A stretch of DNA of 64,000 bases from Patescibacteria group bacterium. GTDB lineage: Bacteria > Patescibacteriota > Microgenomatia > Levybacterales > UBA12049. How positions within the stretch are numbered: position 1 is the stretch's first letter; each line of letters begins with the position of its first letter. The position numbers and the translations under genes were made by a program. Positions 31,067 to 40,756 of this stretch are shown piece after piece. The DNA lies in assembly GCA_035510555.1 (NCBI GenBank), contig DATKGX010000048.1, positions 12,148 to 76,147 on the forward strand. The letters run 5' to 3'. The notes below the pieces were generated by a model. The model did no database searches, was not told the DNA's origin, and was given only the letters and a program-made list of their open reading frames with translations.

Positions 31067-32750
31067 ATTTTTTGTTTAGCTGAATTATACCAGCAAAAAG
31101 AGCCAAGACACCAGCCAGAGAAATGAGATCGGCCAATAACTCCACCTGGGTTTGTTTGAATACTAATTTCAGATCGTGCTGCCCCTTGGGGAAATTGATC
31201 TCTGTACCCTTACTATTATTATAAAGAGGAATTTCACTGTTATCCACGTAAGCATGCCATGCTGGGAAATAAGCTAAAGGAACTGTGATATTTCCTGTTT
31301 TCGCTGCATTTATGGTTAGGTTTATTGATTGAGTTTTTTTGTTAACGCTAACTAACTTGTTATTGTTTGAGTTAAGATTTGCAAAATTGGCAAGACCGTT
31401 TTGGGTTTGCGGACGCTTAAAATCTTTTGGCAAATATTCATCGGAAATTTTTGATGTCCTCCACTGTAGCGCATAAGCATTAGTGTAATACTGTGAATCT
31501 ACCTGTAAATACTTTTCCGGAACAAAAAACTTCATACTTACTAAAACTAGGAAACCTGACAGCAAGATCAATAATGATATTGTGACTATTTTCTTTTTGA
31601 CTAAATTTTCCATCACCCAAAATAACGCACCGGAAATAAATGAGGCAAAAAATACTATCAACAGTAAAAATCTCCATGGATATTGGAGAAAGGCCATCGG
31701 ACGCAGCAATTCCCACACCGGCTGGGAAATCTGAAGCGTAAAGAAAATAGAAATCAGAAAGCCTAAGAAAGCCAGAACCAAAATTATTAATTTTTCTCTG
31801 GAAAAACTGTTGAAATATCTTCTTAAGAACAAGGCAAGAAGTGCAAAAACAGATAGGAATGACGCTAGGAGGATATGATATTTCCCGATCATAAACGATA
31901 AGCCATCGACGCAACCCTTAGTTGAACCACCATATCCCCACGGACTGGTCCAAAGCTGGCTAAGGCAAACAAAGTGATCACGAAAATTTGAACCGCCACC
32001 GATAAGTGAACTAACATTCGTATATTGCATCTCCAAAATCGCCGGCAGCCAGTAGAAAGCAGACAGCAAGACTGCGATGATGAAAGCAGACAAAAGATAA
32101 GAAATAACTCTCCTATTTCTTGCTTTAAGAGTTAAATAGAGTACAAATAATACGAGAAATGGTGAAACCATCAGCGCGGTTAAATTATGAGAAATAACTA
32201 TGAAAGCAAATGAGATTGCAGAAAGAATAACGTAGCGCCATCTTTCTTCTTTACAAATCTTCCAAAGCCCTAAAAATACCAATGGAACAAAAGCATATGC
32301 CCAAAACTCGGCTACGTCTCCCCTAACGTAAATGTCTAAAGCGTGATACGGGGCATACATGTAAAATAGCGCAGAGAGAATTCCTCCCGATTTACCCCAG
32401 AACTCCTTAGCCAAGAAATACATCGAGACGCCGGCCGATATCACTCCAAGCGCCATCATTATTTTTGTCGCTAGCAGCGCATTGAACCCGACAATTTCGA
32501 TGATACCACCGATATAGTATGGTAAAGGGTCATAAAAATTAAAAATCGGGTAACCAAAGCCATAACCTAAATCAGTACTCCACCTCACCGGCAACATTGT
32601 GTCGCTTAGGCCCTTAGCCATTTCATAAACCCTAGCCACTTGAGTATCATCATGAATTGGGAAAAAACCAGAACGCAGGAACGGCAAAATAGTAAAGACA
32701 GAAAAAATTAGAACAAAAACAATCGGTAATAAGTTTTTAAGAATTTTCAT
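31059..32750 (-). CDS. Short YfhO-like (PF10131-type) polytopic membrane protein
   Basis: 563 aa. PIHDDTQVARVYEM...LPVRWSTDLGYGFGYPIFNFYDPLP. C-terminal AYFPAWHAYVDNSEIPL module. Confidence 0.7.
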   Translation of the reverse strand: MKILKNLLPIVFVLIFSVFTILPFLRSGFFPIHDDTQVARVYEMAKGLSDTMLPVRWSTDLGYGFGYPIFNFYDPLPYYIGGIIEIVGFNALLATKIMMALGVISAGVSMYFLAKEFWGKSGGILSALFYMYAPYHALDIYVRGDVAEFWAYAFVPLVFLGLWKICKEERWRYVILSAISFAFIVISHNLTALMVSPFLVLFVLYLTLKARNRRVISYLLSAFIIAVLLSAFYWLPAILEMQYTNVSSLIGGGSNFRDHFVCLSQLWTSPWGYGGSTKGCVDGLSFMIGKYHILLASFLSVFALLALFLRRYFNSFSREKLIILVLAFLGFLISIFFTLQISQPVWELLRPMAFLQYPWRFLLLIVFFASFISGALFWVMENLVKKKIVTISLLILLSGFLVLVSMKFFVPEKYLQVDSQYYTNAYALQWRTSKISDEYLPKDFKRPQTQNGLANFANLNSNNNKLVSVNKKTQSINLTINAAKTGNITVPLAYFPAWHAYVDNSEIPLYNNSKGTEINFPKGQHDLKLVFKQTQVELLADLISLAGVLALFAGIIQLNKKYA

Positions 32751-34306
32751 AGCTTAATTTTCTTTCTCAGCAGAACAAATGCTAATAGGCCACCAACACT
32801 AATTATAGAGATTAAATCTGAAAATAGCCTGACCGGCGTTTCCTTAAAGACGACTTGAACATTATTTAAGCCTTTATCTAAACGTAACTTTATTAAGCCC
32901 ATTGGATTATTATATAAAATTTCCGTTTGTCTTCCGTTAACATAAGCATACCAACCCGGAAAATAAATCGTGTTAATCTGAATTGTTTCTGAATTATTTA
33001 AAGATACTAAAAATGAAGTTTTGTTTGCAGTTGCTTGAAGAATATTAATGGTTTCACTGCTGGTTAAATTTTGCACTTTGACTGCTGCCATCACTTGTGG
33101 AATATTTTGAACCCACTTTGGCATATATTCATTTTTTACCGTTGTCGTGTCTTGATTAGTTGAATAGTAACTGTCGGGAAAATTTTGAAAAGTTTTTGGC
33201 ATCAAATATAAAAACGCTGAAAAGAAAACTAAAACCAAGATAATGAAGCCCATGACGATTTGCTTTCTTTTTGCAAAGACTGAAACTAAACAGGCAGATA
33301 AAAACGCCACGGATGGAATTGTTAATGATAAAAAGCGGAACGGAAATTGCACAAAAGAGCTTGGTAAAATTTTCCACCAAAACGCACTTAATGAACTTGC
33401 CAGATAAATTGAGAGGATTGAAATTATAAACATTAAAAAGGTTAATCTAAGTCTTTTTATTTTTATCAATCCGCTAAGAATAAGAATGACGGCAGCTAAA
33501 ATTATAAATGCGGTTGACCAACCAACTAAACCAAAACTGGCAAAATAATTATTGATATTGGAAACTGGCGTTTTGGCAAAAACCGTGTATTGCAAATCGA
33601 ACAGCGCAGGAATCCAGAAAAAGGCTGAAACTCCTACTCCAAAAAGTAAGGTCACAAAACAGAAACGGCCGGTTTTGATTCTTTCTTTGGAAATGAAGAT
33701 GTTTAACAGCGTATAGGGAATTATTAAAAACATGAATAATACTGCAAGAGTATTGTGAGCAACGATTAGACAGGCAATGCCGATTGAAATCCAAAATAAA
33801 CTTCCTCTCTCTATCTGCCATAAAATGAATGGCAAAATTGTTAGTGATAAGACTTCCCCGACCGAACCTCGTTGATAGATGTCGAACAAATGATAAGGGA
33901 AAAATGTATAGAGAGTGGCTCCAATTAGTGAAGAAAAATTATCAAATATTTTCCTCAGCCAAAGAAATGTAAATAAAGAAGACGTAAAGATACAGAGAAT
34001 TAGCAAAGTTTTTATTGTATTGACGAAATTAATCCCTAGAATATGAATCGGGACGGCCAAATACATAAACAGGGGGTATAAAAAATCAGCGACCGGATAA
34101 CCATAGCCGTTATTTAAGCGCATTAAAAATCTGACAGGAAATTCACCGTTTCTTAGAGTTTGGAAAAAAGCCGAGAACCTGATGACCATCCAACCGCCGT
34201 CATCAGTAACGGGAAATCCGGAATGCAGTAGGCCTAAAATTGCCGGAACTGCCAATACCACTGCCAATAATATAAATACTAAATTACGATTTATTTTTTT
34301 TAACAT
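32747..34306 (-). CDS. Short YfhO-like (PF10131-type) polytopic membrane protein
   Basis: 519 aa. PVTDDGGWMVIRFSAF...FPVRFLMRLNNGYGYPVADFLYPL. C-terminal IYFPGWYAYVNGRQTEI...VVFKETPVRL. Confidence 0.7.
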   Translation of the reverse strand: MLKKINRNLVFILLAVVLAVPAILGLLHSGFPVTDDGGWMVIRFSAFFQTLRNGEFPVRFLMRLNNGYGYPVADFLYPLFMYLAVPIHILGINFVNTIKTLLILCIFTSSLFTFLWLRKIFDNFSSLIGATLYTFFPYHLFDIYQRGSVGEVLSLTILPFILWQIERGSLFWISIGIACLIVAHNTLAVLFMFLIIPYTLLNIFISKERIKTGRFCFVTLLFGVGVSAFFWIPALFDLQYTVFAKTPVSNINNYFASFGLVGWSTAFIILAAVILILSGLIKIKRLRLTFLMFIISILSIYLASSLSAFWWKILPSSFVQFPFRFLSLTIPSVAFLSACLVSVFAKRKQIVMGFIILVLVFFSAFLYLMPKTFQNFPDSYYSTNQDTTTVKNEYMPKWVQNIPQVMAAVKVQNLTSSETINILQATANKTSFLVSLNNSETIQINTIYFPGWYAYVNGRQTEILYNNPMGLIKLRLDKGLNNVQVVFKETPVRLFSDLISIISVGGLLAFVLLRKKIKL

Positions 34307-36656
34307 AAATTACCGTTAAGAATAACGCTAATAAACCCAAGACCGCAATCCCCAAGCCCAATTCAAAAGTTTTCGGACTATAATAGAATTCCACAATATG
34401 TTCTCCTTTTGGTATCGCCACTGCCCGGAAGGCATAATCTGCCAGCATAAGCTCCGTTGGCTTTTCATCAATGGTTACTTTCCAATCCGGATAATAATTA
34501 TCCGAAATAAATAATAGCTCGTTGCCTGAAGTTTTAGTATTAAAAAAAACTTTATTTGGAGAATATGAAATAAGTTTTACTTCTCCGCTCGAGTTTTTAT
34601 CAATAGTGAGGCCCGGTAATTTTTCTAAAATTAGCGTTTTCCCTAAATCGGCAGTATAAATTGCGCTTAAAGCTTGAGCTTTATTTTTTACCAAAACAAA
34701 ATCACTGGTCAAGAAAAATCTTGGCAAAGCATTTTTGTTTTCATAAACCTGCCAAGGATATATTTTTTCAACTAGGGTGAATTGATCCGCAGGAAAAGTG
34801 CTGAAATCCGTTTGAAGCCAAGTGTCAACCATATCTTGATAATTAAGGACATATTTAATGCCTAGCAGATTGAGAATTCTTTGCCGAAAATAATTTGTCT
34901 TTAAATCATTAACTCCATACCCGGGCGCAATATTGGCATCTGGTCTTGGTAGCATTTGCGGTAACTTACCATTTATTGATGACGCTAATAATTCTCCGTA
35001 TCTGGAAATGTGCAAAGGGTCATTGCCTTCAGGCGAAAAAGTTTGGTCAACGCTTTGGTAGTTCGCCTGGATATAAGCCGAACCGTATCCCCAATACCGG
35101 TTAATGCCGGCGATATTTTGAAGATAAGAAGTAATTGGTGTTTGCGGATAAGTCAACTCGCTTGGCGCAAATGGCGTAATTTTGTTGAAAAAATAGAACA
35201 GATCAAATATCACCAACAGTGTCAATAAAACCAAGCTGATTTTAAGATTTATCCTTTTTAGAAAAACTGCCAAAATCGTTAACAAAATAAGAACGCTGGG
35301 AAGAATTAAATTGTGCTCGCTGATTTTTAGATTTGCGGAAAGCGCCGGAGAAAATTTAATCAGAAATAAAACTGCTCCCCACACCAGTATCAAAAAAACG
35401 ATGAATCCAACCGCAAATATTTTTTTAAAAGATTTCTCGTTTATAAACTGGTTTAATCCGATTGCGCCTAAAACTATCAAACTGAAAATTAAGATGCTGA
35501 ATTCCCTGGTGGCGACAGTTGTTGAGATAACCGGGATTGGAATCAGGTAAAAATATTTAACCAGTGGAAGATTAGTGGCAATAATCAAAGAAACTGCGGC
35601 AACAACCAAGAAAAACTTTTTTTCGAGAGAATTAACCTTGTTGAAAATCGCGTAAATTGCAAAGAAAAGAATGACAATTCCCGGATACATCACCCTTTCA
35701 ATGTAAGTTCCGTCTATCCAATAATTCCGGGTGGCCGGATTGCCAAAGAAATCCGGGATAGCGATAGTTATCCAGTATTGAAGCGGCGCCAAATTCTTTC
35801 CAATCTGTGCTAACGTATATGCTCCTCTGGTAGACTGGGAAAAAAGCTGCAGGGTTGGTAAAATCTGAAAGGAAGTTAATAAAAACGGTAGCGCTAAAGA
35901 GAGTAGAAATAGCAGATGAATCCTGAGTAGTCTCAGTTTTTTTTGCGCGAACATTAAGCATAAGTAGTAGAAAAGGCAAAGAACATAAACATAAAAAACT
36001 CCCTGAATATAACCGGCCAGAATTGCCACAGAAAGAGTGGCGACCAGCGCAAGAAAGTTTTTGCTATTTATTTTTTGTGACATATATTTAATTACTAAAA
36101 GCACCAGCGGAAGCCATAATATGGTGCTACCGATATTTCCGTACTCAAGCCAAACCGTCATATATGAAGAAAAACCAAACGCAATTCCACCGATAACAGC
36201 GGGGAAATCCTTAAGCCCGACTCCTTTTCTAAGGAATAAATACATGAAAAGTGCGGCCAGAAACGGTTGGAACATAATGATTAACGTCCAGGAGAAATTA
36301 AAAGGTAGTAAAAAATACAAAAAATTGAGTGGATAGAAAACGGCTGTTTGAAAATCTGCCAGTTGCGGATTGCCCGAAAAATTATAGGGATTCCAGAAAG
36401 GAATGTTGCCTTGTTTTAGTTGATTAACGGAAAAATAGCGCCAGGGATAGATTTCGCTAATTACATCCTGACCTTGCGCTTTGTTTGGGTATCCATTTGG
36501 AGCAAACCCTAAAAAAGACTGCGCCCGATAGGGATTGGTGTTCACCAAAAGATCGCCGGGAAAAGGAATTTGCCCTTTAAAAATTGGGTAGAAAAATACG
36601 AGAACAACAATCGTGATTAGAATAAAAGGCCAAAAGCGTATCACCTTTTTCATCAT
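34284..36656 (-). CDS. YfhO family polytopic membrane protein
   Basis: 790 aa. C-terminal SDNYYPDWKVTIDEKPTELMLADYAFRAV...GEHIVEF plus terminal TM. Confidence 0.75.
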   Translation of the reverse strand: MMKKVIRFWPFILITIVVLVFFYPIFKGQIPFPGDLLVNTNPYRAQSFLGFAPNGYPNKAQGQDVISEIYPWRYFSVNQLKQGNIPFWNPYNFSGNPQLADFQTAVFYPLNFLYFLLPFNFSWTLIIMFQPFLAALFMYLFLRKGVGLKDFPAVIGGIAFGFSSYMTVWLEYGNIGSTILWLPLVLLVIKYMSQKINSKNFLALVATLSVAILAGYIQGVFYVYVLCLFYYLCLMFAQKKLRLLRIHLLFLLSLALPFLLTSFQILPTLQLFSQSTRGAYTLAQIGKNLAPLQYWITIAIPDFFGNPATRNYWIDGTYIERVMYPGIVILFFAIYAIFNKVNSLEKKFFLVVAAVSLIIATNLPLVKYFYLIPIPVISTTVATREFSILIFSLIVLGAIGLNQFINEKSFKKIFAVGFIVFLILVWGAVLFLIKFSPALSANLKISEHNLILPSVLILLTILAVFLKRINLKISLVLLTLLVIFDLFYFFNKITPFAPSELTYPQTPITSYLQNIAGINRYWGYGSAYIQANYQSVDQTFSPEGNDPLHISRYGELLASSINGKLPQMLPRPDANIAPGYGVNDLKTNYFRQRILNLLGIKYVLNYQDMVDTWLQTDFSTFPADQFTLVEKIYPWQVYENKNALPRFFLTSDFVLVKNKAQALSAIYTADLGKTLILEKLPGLTIDKNSSGEVKLISYSPNKVFFNTKTSGNELLFISDNYYPDWKVTIDEKPTELMLADYAFRAVAIPKGEHIVEFYYSPKTFELGLGIAVLGLLALFLTVIYVKKNKS

Positions 36657-38185
36657 CGGTTGGGCGGGATTATTTGATAAACTCGGTAATAAAAATTCGT
36701 GTCTCCTTGTCTAACTTCAAAAACCAACTTGAGCGGAAAATCAATCGGGATTACCACATGCTGCGATTGGTAGAAAACGAAATAGGCAGGCATTTTCTCG
36801 GCATAATTTAACGTTGTTTTAGGGAAAATATCCACCGGCCAGTAACCTTTAACTGTAATATTTTTATCATTACCCAAATACATTTCTAAAGATTCCGGCA
36901 ATAAACCAAAGGTCCCTTCTGTAGCGACAAATATTTTTTGGCTCTCAGATTGTTTCTTAAAAAAAGCAACACTTTCTTTAATTCCCCAACCGGCCGCCCA
37001 GCTGTCAACGTATTGTCCATGATCCGCATCGGCAATTGGCGCTTTTAAGGGATTGATGGCAAAAAGTAACGAAATATACAGAGGATAAGCAATAACCGCT
37101 AATAATAGTATCAGTTGTAAAACTTTTGCATAAGAAACGTTTTTCGGAAAGAACTCTTCGGCTTTTTCAAATAAATAATTTAATGACCAAGCCACCAACG
37201 GCAAAAGCATTACGCTCATTAAAAAGACGAACCTTGGATAAATTAATCTGCCGAAGAGTGCCAGAGCCAGAAACGGCAACGCAAAATACAGCAGTAATAA
37301 AACTTTTTCTTTGAAAAATTTATTAATGAATATTATTGCCAGCAGAACCAAAATTAGGTACGCAGGTGTTAAGTACTGCAAAAGCCAACTGGTAAGTCCG
37401 CTCAAATTACTATTGAAGTAGATAAACGGATGCTGGAACCACTCGGAAAACGGGTAGACAAACGTGGCATTTTTAATCGCAATCATGTCATATAAAGGAG
37501 AGAGTCTTAAGACATTGTAAAGACCATAACTAATAGCTGCAGCGAAAACTGCAAGCGCTGCGAATTTAAATAATTGTTTCTTGACGAATTTCTGTTTAAA
37601 GTTAAAAAGAATTAGTAAGAATGGCAATAAATAGATGCTAAAAAAATTTGAACTTTTGGTTAGAACTCCCCCGCCGATAACAAAACCGAGTGTATAAGCA
37701 ATATTCAATCTGACTTTTCTGACCAAAAGAATAGAAAAATAGAGCGCCCAAACGTAAAAGGTCGCCACCATGCTGTCATACAAAGCCATCCTATCTAAGA
37801 CTTGAGCGAAAGGATAAACAATATATAAAGCAACGGTAAGAAAAGCGGTTCGTTTGTTTTTAAAAAGTTCGTAGGTTAGAGCAAAAAGGCCGAGCATGGT
37901 GAAAAAACCTGAAAGAACCGAAACTAATCTTCCGGCAATAAGCGGATCCTTAATAAATTTTATGAAAACCATTGCAACCCACACAAACATCGGCTGTTTA
38001 CCGTCAGTTAGGGATATAAACCGCCATGCAGCGTCATTTAAAGCAATCTGCGCCCACCTAACATAAATTGCCTCATCGGTAAAGATTGGCAATCGATTGA
38101 GAAAAATTAAACGGAGAACAAAATAAGCTGCAACAAGAAGGATGGAAGTGAGTATTTCCCATTTATACTTCAAAACAAGCTTCAT
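36653..38185 (-). CDS. ArnT/GT39-GT83-like polytopic membrane glycosyltransferase
   Basis: 510 aa. N-terminal LPIFTDEAIYVRWAQ (DE motif) followed by about 11 TMs. Confidence 0.55.
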   Translation of the reverse strand: MKLVLKYKWEILTSILLVAAYFVLRLIFLNRLPIFTDEAIYVRWAQIALNDAAWRFISLTDGKQPMFVWVAMVFIKFIKDPLIAGRLVSVLSGFFTMLGLFALTYELFKNKRTAFLTVALYIVYPFAQVLDRMALYDSMVATFYVWALYFSILLVRKVRLNIAYTLGFVIGGGVLTKSSNFFSIYLLPFLLILFNFKQKFVKKQLFKFAALAVFAAAISYGLYNVLRLSPLYDMIAIKNATFVYPFSEWFQHPFIYFNSNLSGLTSWLLQYLTPAYLILVLLAIIFINKFFKEKVLLLLYFALPFLALALFGRLIYPRFVFLMSVMLLPLVAWSLNYLFEKAEEFFPKNVSYAKVLQLILLLAVIAYPLYISLLFAINPLKAPIADADHGQYVDSWAAGWGIKESVAFFKKQSESQKIFVATEGTFGLLPESLEMYLGNDKNITVKGYWPVDIFPKTTLNYAEKMPAYFVFYQSQHVVIPIDFPLKLVFEVRQGDTNFYYRVYQIIPPNR

Positions 38186-38222
38186 ATAAAGATTATAGTA
38201 GAACTGTGGTATCTAATCAACG

Positions 38223-38732
38223 CTAGCTTGTAACTTGTTGCTGAGGAGCATCTTGACTACTACGGAAAACCTCTGCAATAGCTCCCAGAGCTTTTGGTCC
38301 CCAGGTGAGCAAATCTTCTCCGTTCATTTCCTGACCGACATTATCAATTAAGATTCCACTAAAACCTCTAAAACTTATCATTCTTTCTGTGCGTTTTTCT
38401 ACCTTACCGTCAGACGTAACAAAAATTCCTGTTTTGTCATCAAGCACTCCTATCCTTAACAAAGCTTCCTGATGATAAGCATTTAAAAGATTTACCATCG
38501 ACCATGTATTGACCACGTTTGCCGAAGGGAAGATTCCCTGACTACACATTAAGTCAGCAAATCTCGCAATTTCACTCGCATACTGAGTTCCCAATTCCCG
38601 TCTATCAGCATCCGTTCGATCGAATACTCTCTGGACTTCCTCAGTACAATAGGTTATTACGTTAAATTCTAATCTACCCTTTCTTTCATCCATAGCGAAA
38701 GCGATTATATTCCGAAGGTTATTGAAAGTCAA
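38223..38732 (-). CDS. Hypothetical soluble protein (169 aa)
   Basis: Long ORF with cluster-like codon usage, no TM and no recognisable motif. Confidence 0.5.
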   Translation of the reverse strand: MTFNNLRNIIAFAMDERKGRLEFNVITYCTEEVQRVFDRTDADRRELGTQYASEIARFADLMCSQGIFPSANVVNTWSMVNLLNAYHQEALLRIGVLDDKTGIFVTSDGKVEKRTERMISFRGFSGILIDNVGQEMNGEDLLTWGPKALGAIAEVFRSSQDAPQQQVTS

Positions 38733-39911
38733 CTATAAGATTTTGCGGGTCTTGATTAGAAGAGACAAAACGAAAACTATTAGAACGGCGACTAGGCCGG
38801 CAATTTCAATATTTTGGATTATTTGCGGGTAGCCTTTGGCATAATCGGTCATAAAGACATAAGGAATATAAATTCCTACGGCAAAAATTGACGCAACAAT
38901 TGCCGGAATTGAAATATATTTTTCGTGAGCTACAAACGCCGCCATTGATAGCGGAAACACTAAATACCATGGCTGAAAAGTCGTTCGAATACTGGCGAGC
39001 AGAACCGTTGTCAAAGATAAAATTACTGAAGCGATAAAAAACTTTTCCCAGTTTATTTTTCTGCCTGTTCTATCAAAAAATCCGATGAGAATGAACAGCG
39101 GCAAAAGCGCACCGGTAGAAAACTTAACGCCAATGGAAAAAAGATTACTGACCCAGGATAAAACTTTTTTCTTTTGCAGAAAAAGGTAAATTGAAAGAAG
39201 AATAAAAAATATCATCGGAATGTCGTTATGCGCCGAAACTAAAGATTCAATTAAAACCAGTGGGTTAAAGGCAAAAAAGGCGACATTGAATAATTTATGT
39301 TCAGGGAAAATTCTTGCGGAAATCTTGTAAATTAAATAACAGCTACCTAAAAAGGATAGCGCCATCAGGATTTTAAAAAGGAAAAAAGTCGGCAAAAAAT
39401 AATCCATGCCAATAAAAGTTAAAGGTACGGTTAAAACCAACCAACTTGGGCCATATGGATAAGTGCGCTGAGTCCAACGCATGAAATTAAGCATCGGGTC
39501 ACCTACAAAATCCGAAGGCCTATGGAAATATGGATTTAATTGATAATGCGAAATAATTCTGGCGTCAAAAATATAGTTGAATAAATCATACGAAAATGCA
39601 TTATAAGAAAACACTAAAATAACGGCGGTTAAAATAGTGAGGATAGTTAAAGCTTTGAGCTTAAGCTTGCCTTTCTTTGCCAAATATAAAAACGCGCAAT
39701 AGAAAATAAATAATAAACTGGCTATGACAATAAAGATCAAAGTCGAAAGAGGACGCTCAAAAAAACCGATATGCTGAAGAAATTTTTCAACGGTCTGATA
39801 AATTGACAGTTTTGATAGGGTTAAATTTAAATCGACTTGCGTAAAAGAATAAATGAAAAAACCTACGAGAATAAAAATGTAGGAGGAAAAAAGAAGCCTT
39901 AATTTGTTCAT
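38733..39911 (-). CDS. Polytopic membrane protein, DUF2029/GT87-like mannosyltransferase candidate
   Basis: 392 aa. YDLFNYIFDARIISHYQLNPYFHRPSDFVGDPMLNFMRWTQRTYPYGPSWL resembles the first periplasmic loop of GT87/DUF2029 proteins. Confidence 0.4.
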   Translation of the reverse strand: MNKLRLLFSSYIFILVGFFIYSFTQVDLNLTLSKLSIYQTVEKFLQHIGFFERPLSTLIFIVIASLLFIFYCAFLYLAKKGKLKLKALTILTILTAVILVFSYNAFSYDLFNYIFDARIISHYQLNPYFHRPSDFVGDPMLNFMRWTQRTYPYGPSWLVLTVPLTFIGMDYFLPTFFLFKILMALSFLGSCYLIYKISARIFPEHKLFNVAFFAFNPLVLIESLVSAHNDIPMIFFILLSIYLFLQKKKVLSWVSNLFSIGVKFSTGALLPLFILIGFFDRTGRKINWEKFFIASVILSLTTVLLASIRTTFQPWYLVFPLSMAAFVAHEKYISIPAIVASIFAVGIYIPYVFMTDYAKGYPQIIQNIEIAGLVAVLIVFVLSLLIKTRKIL

Positions 39912-40681
39912 AAATTTCTGTATTTCCCCGAAATATCGTTTAATTTGATTCTGACTAAATCTTCTACCGCTTCTAAGGAATCTTTTATCGGACTGACTCT
40001 TCGACTTTCAACATAAAACCATTCAACCGGAACTTCCTTAATTTTATAGCCCATTTTTTGGGCCAGAAATAGTAACTCAACATCAAATCCGGCTTTGACT
40101 GATGATCCGGAAATTTCTTTATAACCATTATGGAATTTCTGTAAGCTTGTAAAAAGCTTATCCGAAACGTCTTTTCTAAAAAGTTTGAATCCGCATTGCG
40201 TATCTTGGATTCCCCTCAGTCCTACGATTACAGACCTTAACACGATCATTCCTCTGGCCATCAAAAGCCGTGTCCACGGATCGCCTTGGCGCTTCGAGCC
40301 CCTACTACCAATCACAATATCGTATTCCTTAACAAATGGCAGAAGCTTGGCTACTTCTTCTACCGGCGTTGCCTGATCCATATCCATAAAAAGGGCATAC
40401 TCGCCTTTTGCTTTTAAGATTCCTGATGTGACGGCGCCCGCCTTTCCAAAATGGGAAGTTTTTATTAAACTAAATCTGGGATTATCTTTGATGAATTCTT
40501 CGACTAACTCGATGCTTCCATCGGTTGAGCCATCATCGACGATGATTACCTCCGATAAGTATTTTTGCCTTGAAAGAAACCGTTCAATCTTATCTAGAAC
40601 TCCTTTACGAAGATTTGTTTTTTCGTTATATGAGGGGACTACAATCGAGAGATAAATTTTACTCACACAAAGATTATACAA
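39908..40681 (-). CDS. GT2 glycosyltransferase, DPM1-like
   Basis: LSIVVPSYNEKTNL...IIVDDGSTDGS...FMDMDQA. The true start may be the GTG at 40666 (VSKIYLSIVVP), which lies 6 nt downstream of a TATAAT at 40673-40678 (minus strand) in the leaderless arrangement seen elsewhere. Confidence 0.75.
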   Translation of the reverse strand: MYNLCVSKIYLSIVVPSYNEKTNLRKGVLDKIERFLSRQKYLSEVIIVDDGSTDGSIELVEEFIKDNPRFSLIKTSHFGKAGAVTSGILKAKGEYALFMDMDQATPVEEVAKLLPFVKEYDIVIGSRGSKRQGDPWTRLLMARGMIVLRSVIVGLRGIQDTQCGFKLFRKDVSDKLFTSLQKFHNGYKEISGSSVKAGFDVELLFLAQKMGYKIKEVPVEWFYVESRRVSPIKDSLEAVEDLVRIKLNDISGKYRNL

Positions 40682-40708
40682 GAAACAAAATCCATAGACA
40701 AATAACTC

Positions 40709-40737
40709 TTGACAGCATTAAACTAAATACCTTATAA
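40709..40737 (+). promoter_or_regulatory. Sigma70-like promoter TTGACA-N17-TTATAA for the 40757 gene, in the divergent intergenic region
   Basis: TTGACA at 40709-40714 and TTATAA at 40732-40737. ATG at 40757. Confidence 0.45.
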
Positions 40738-40756
40738 ATATATACTGCCTCTTTTT

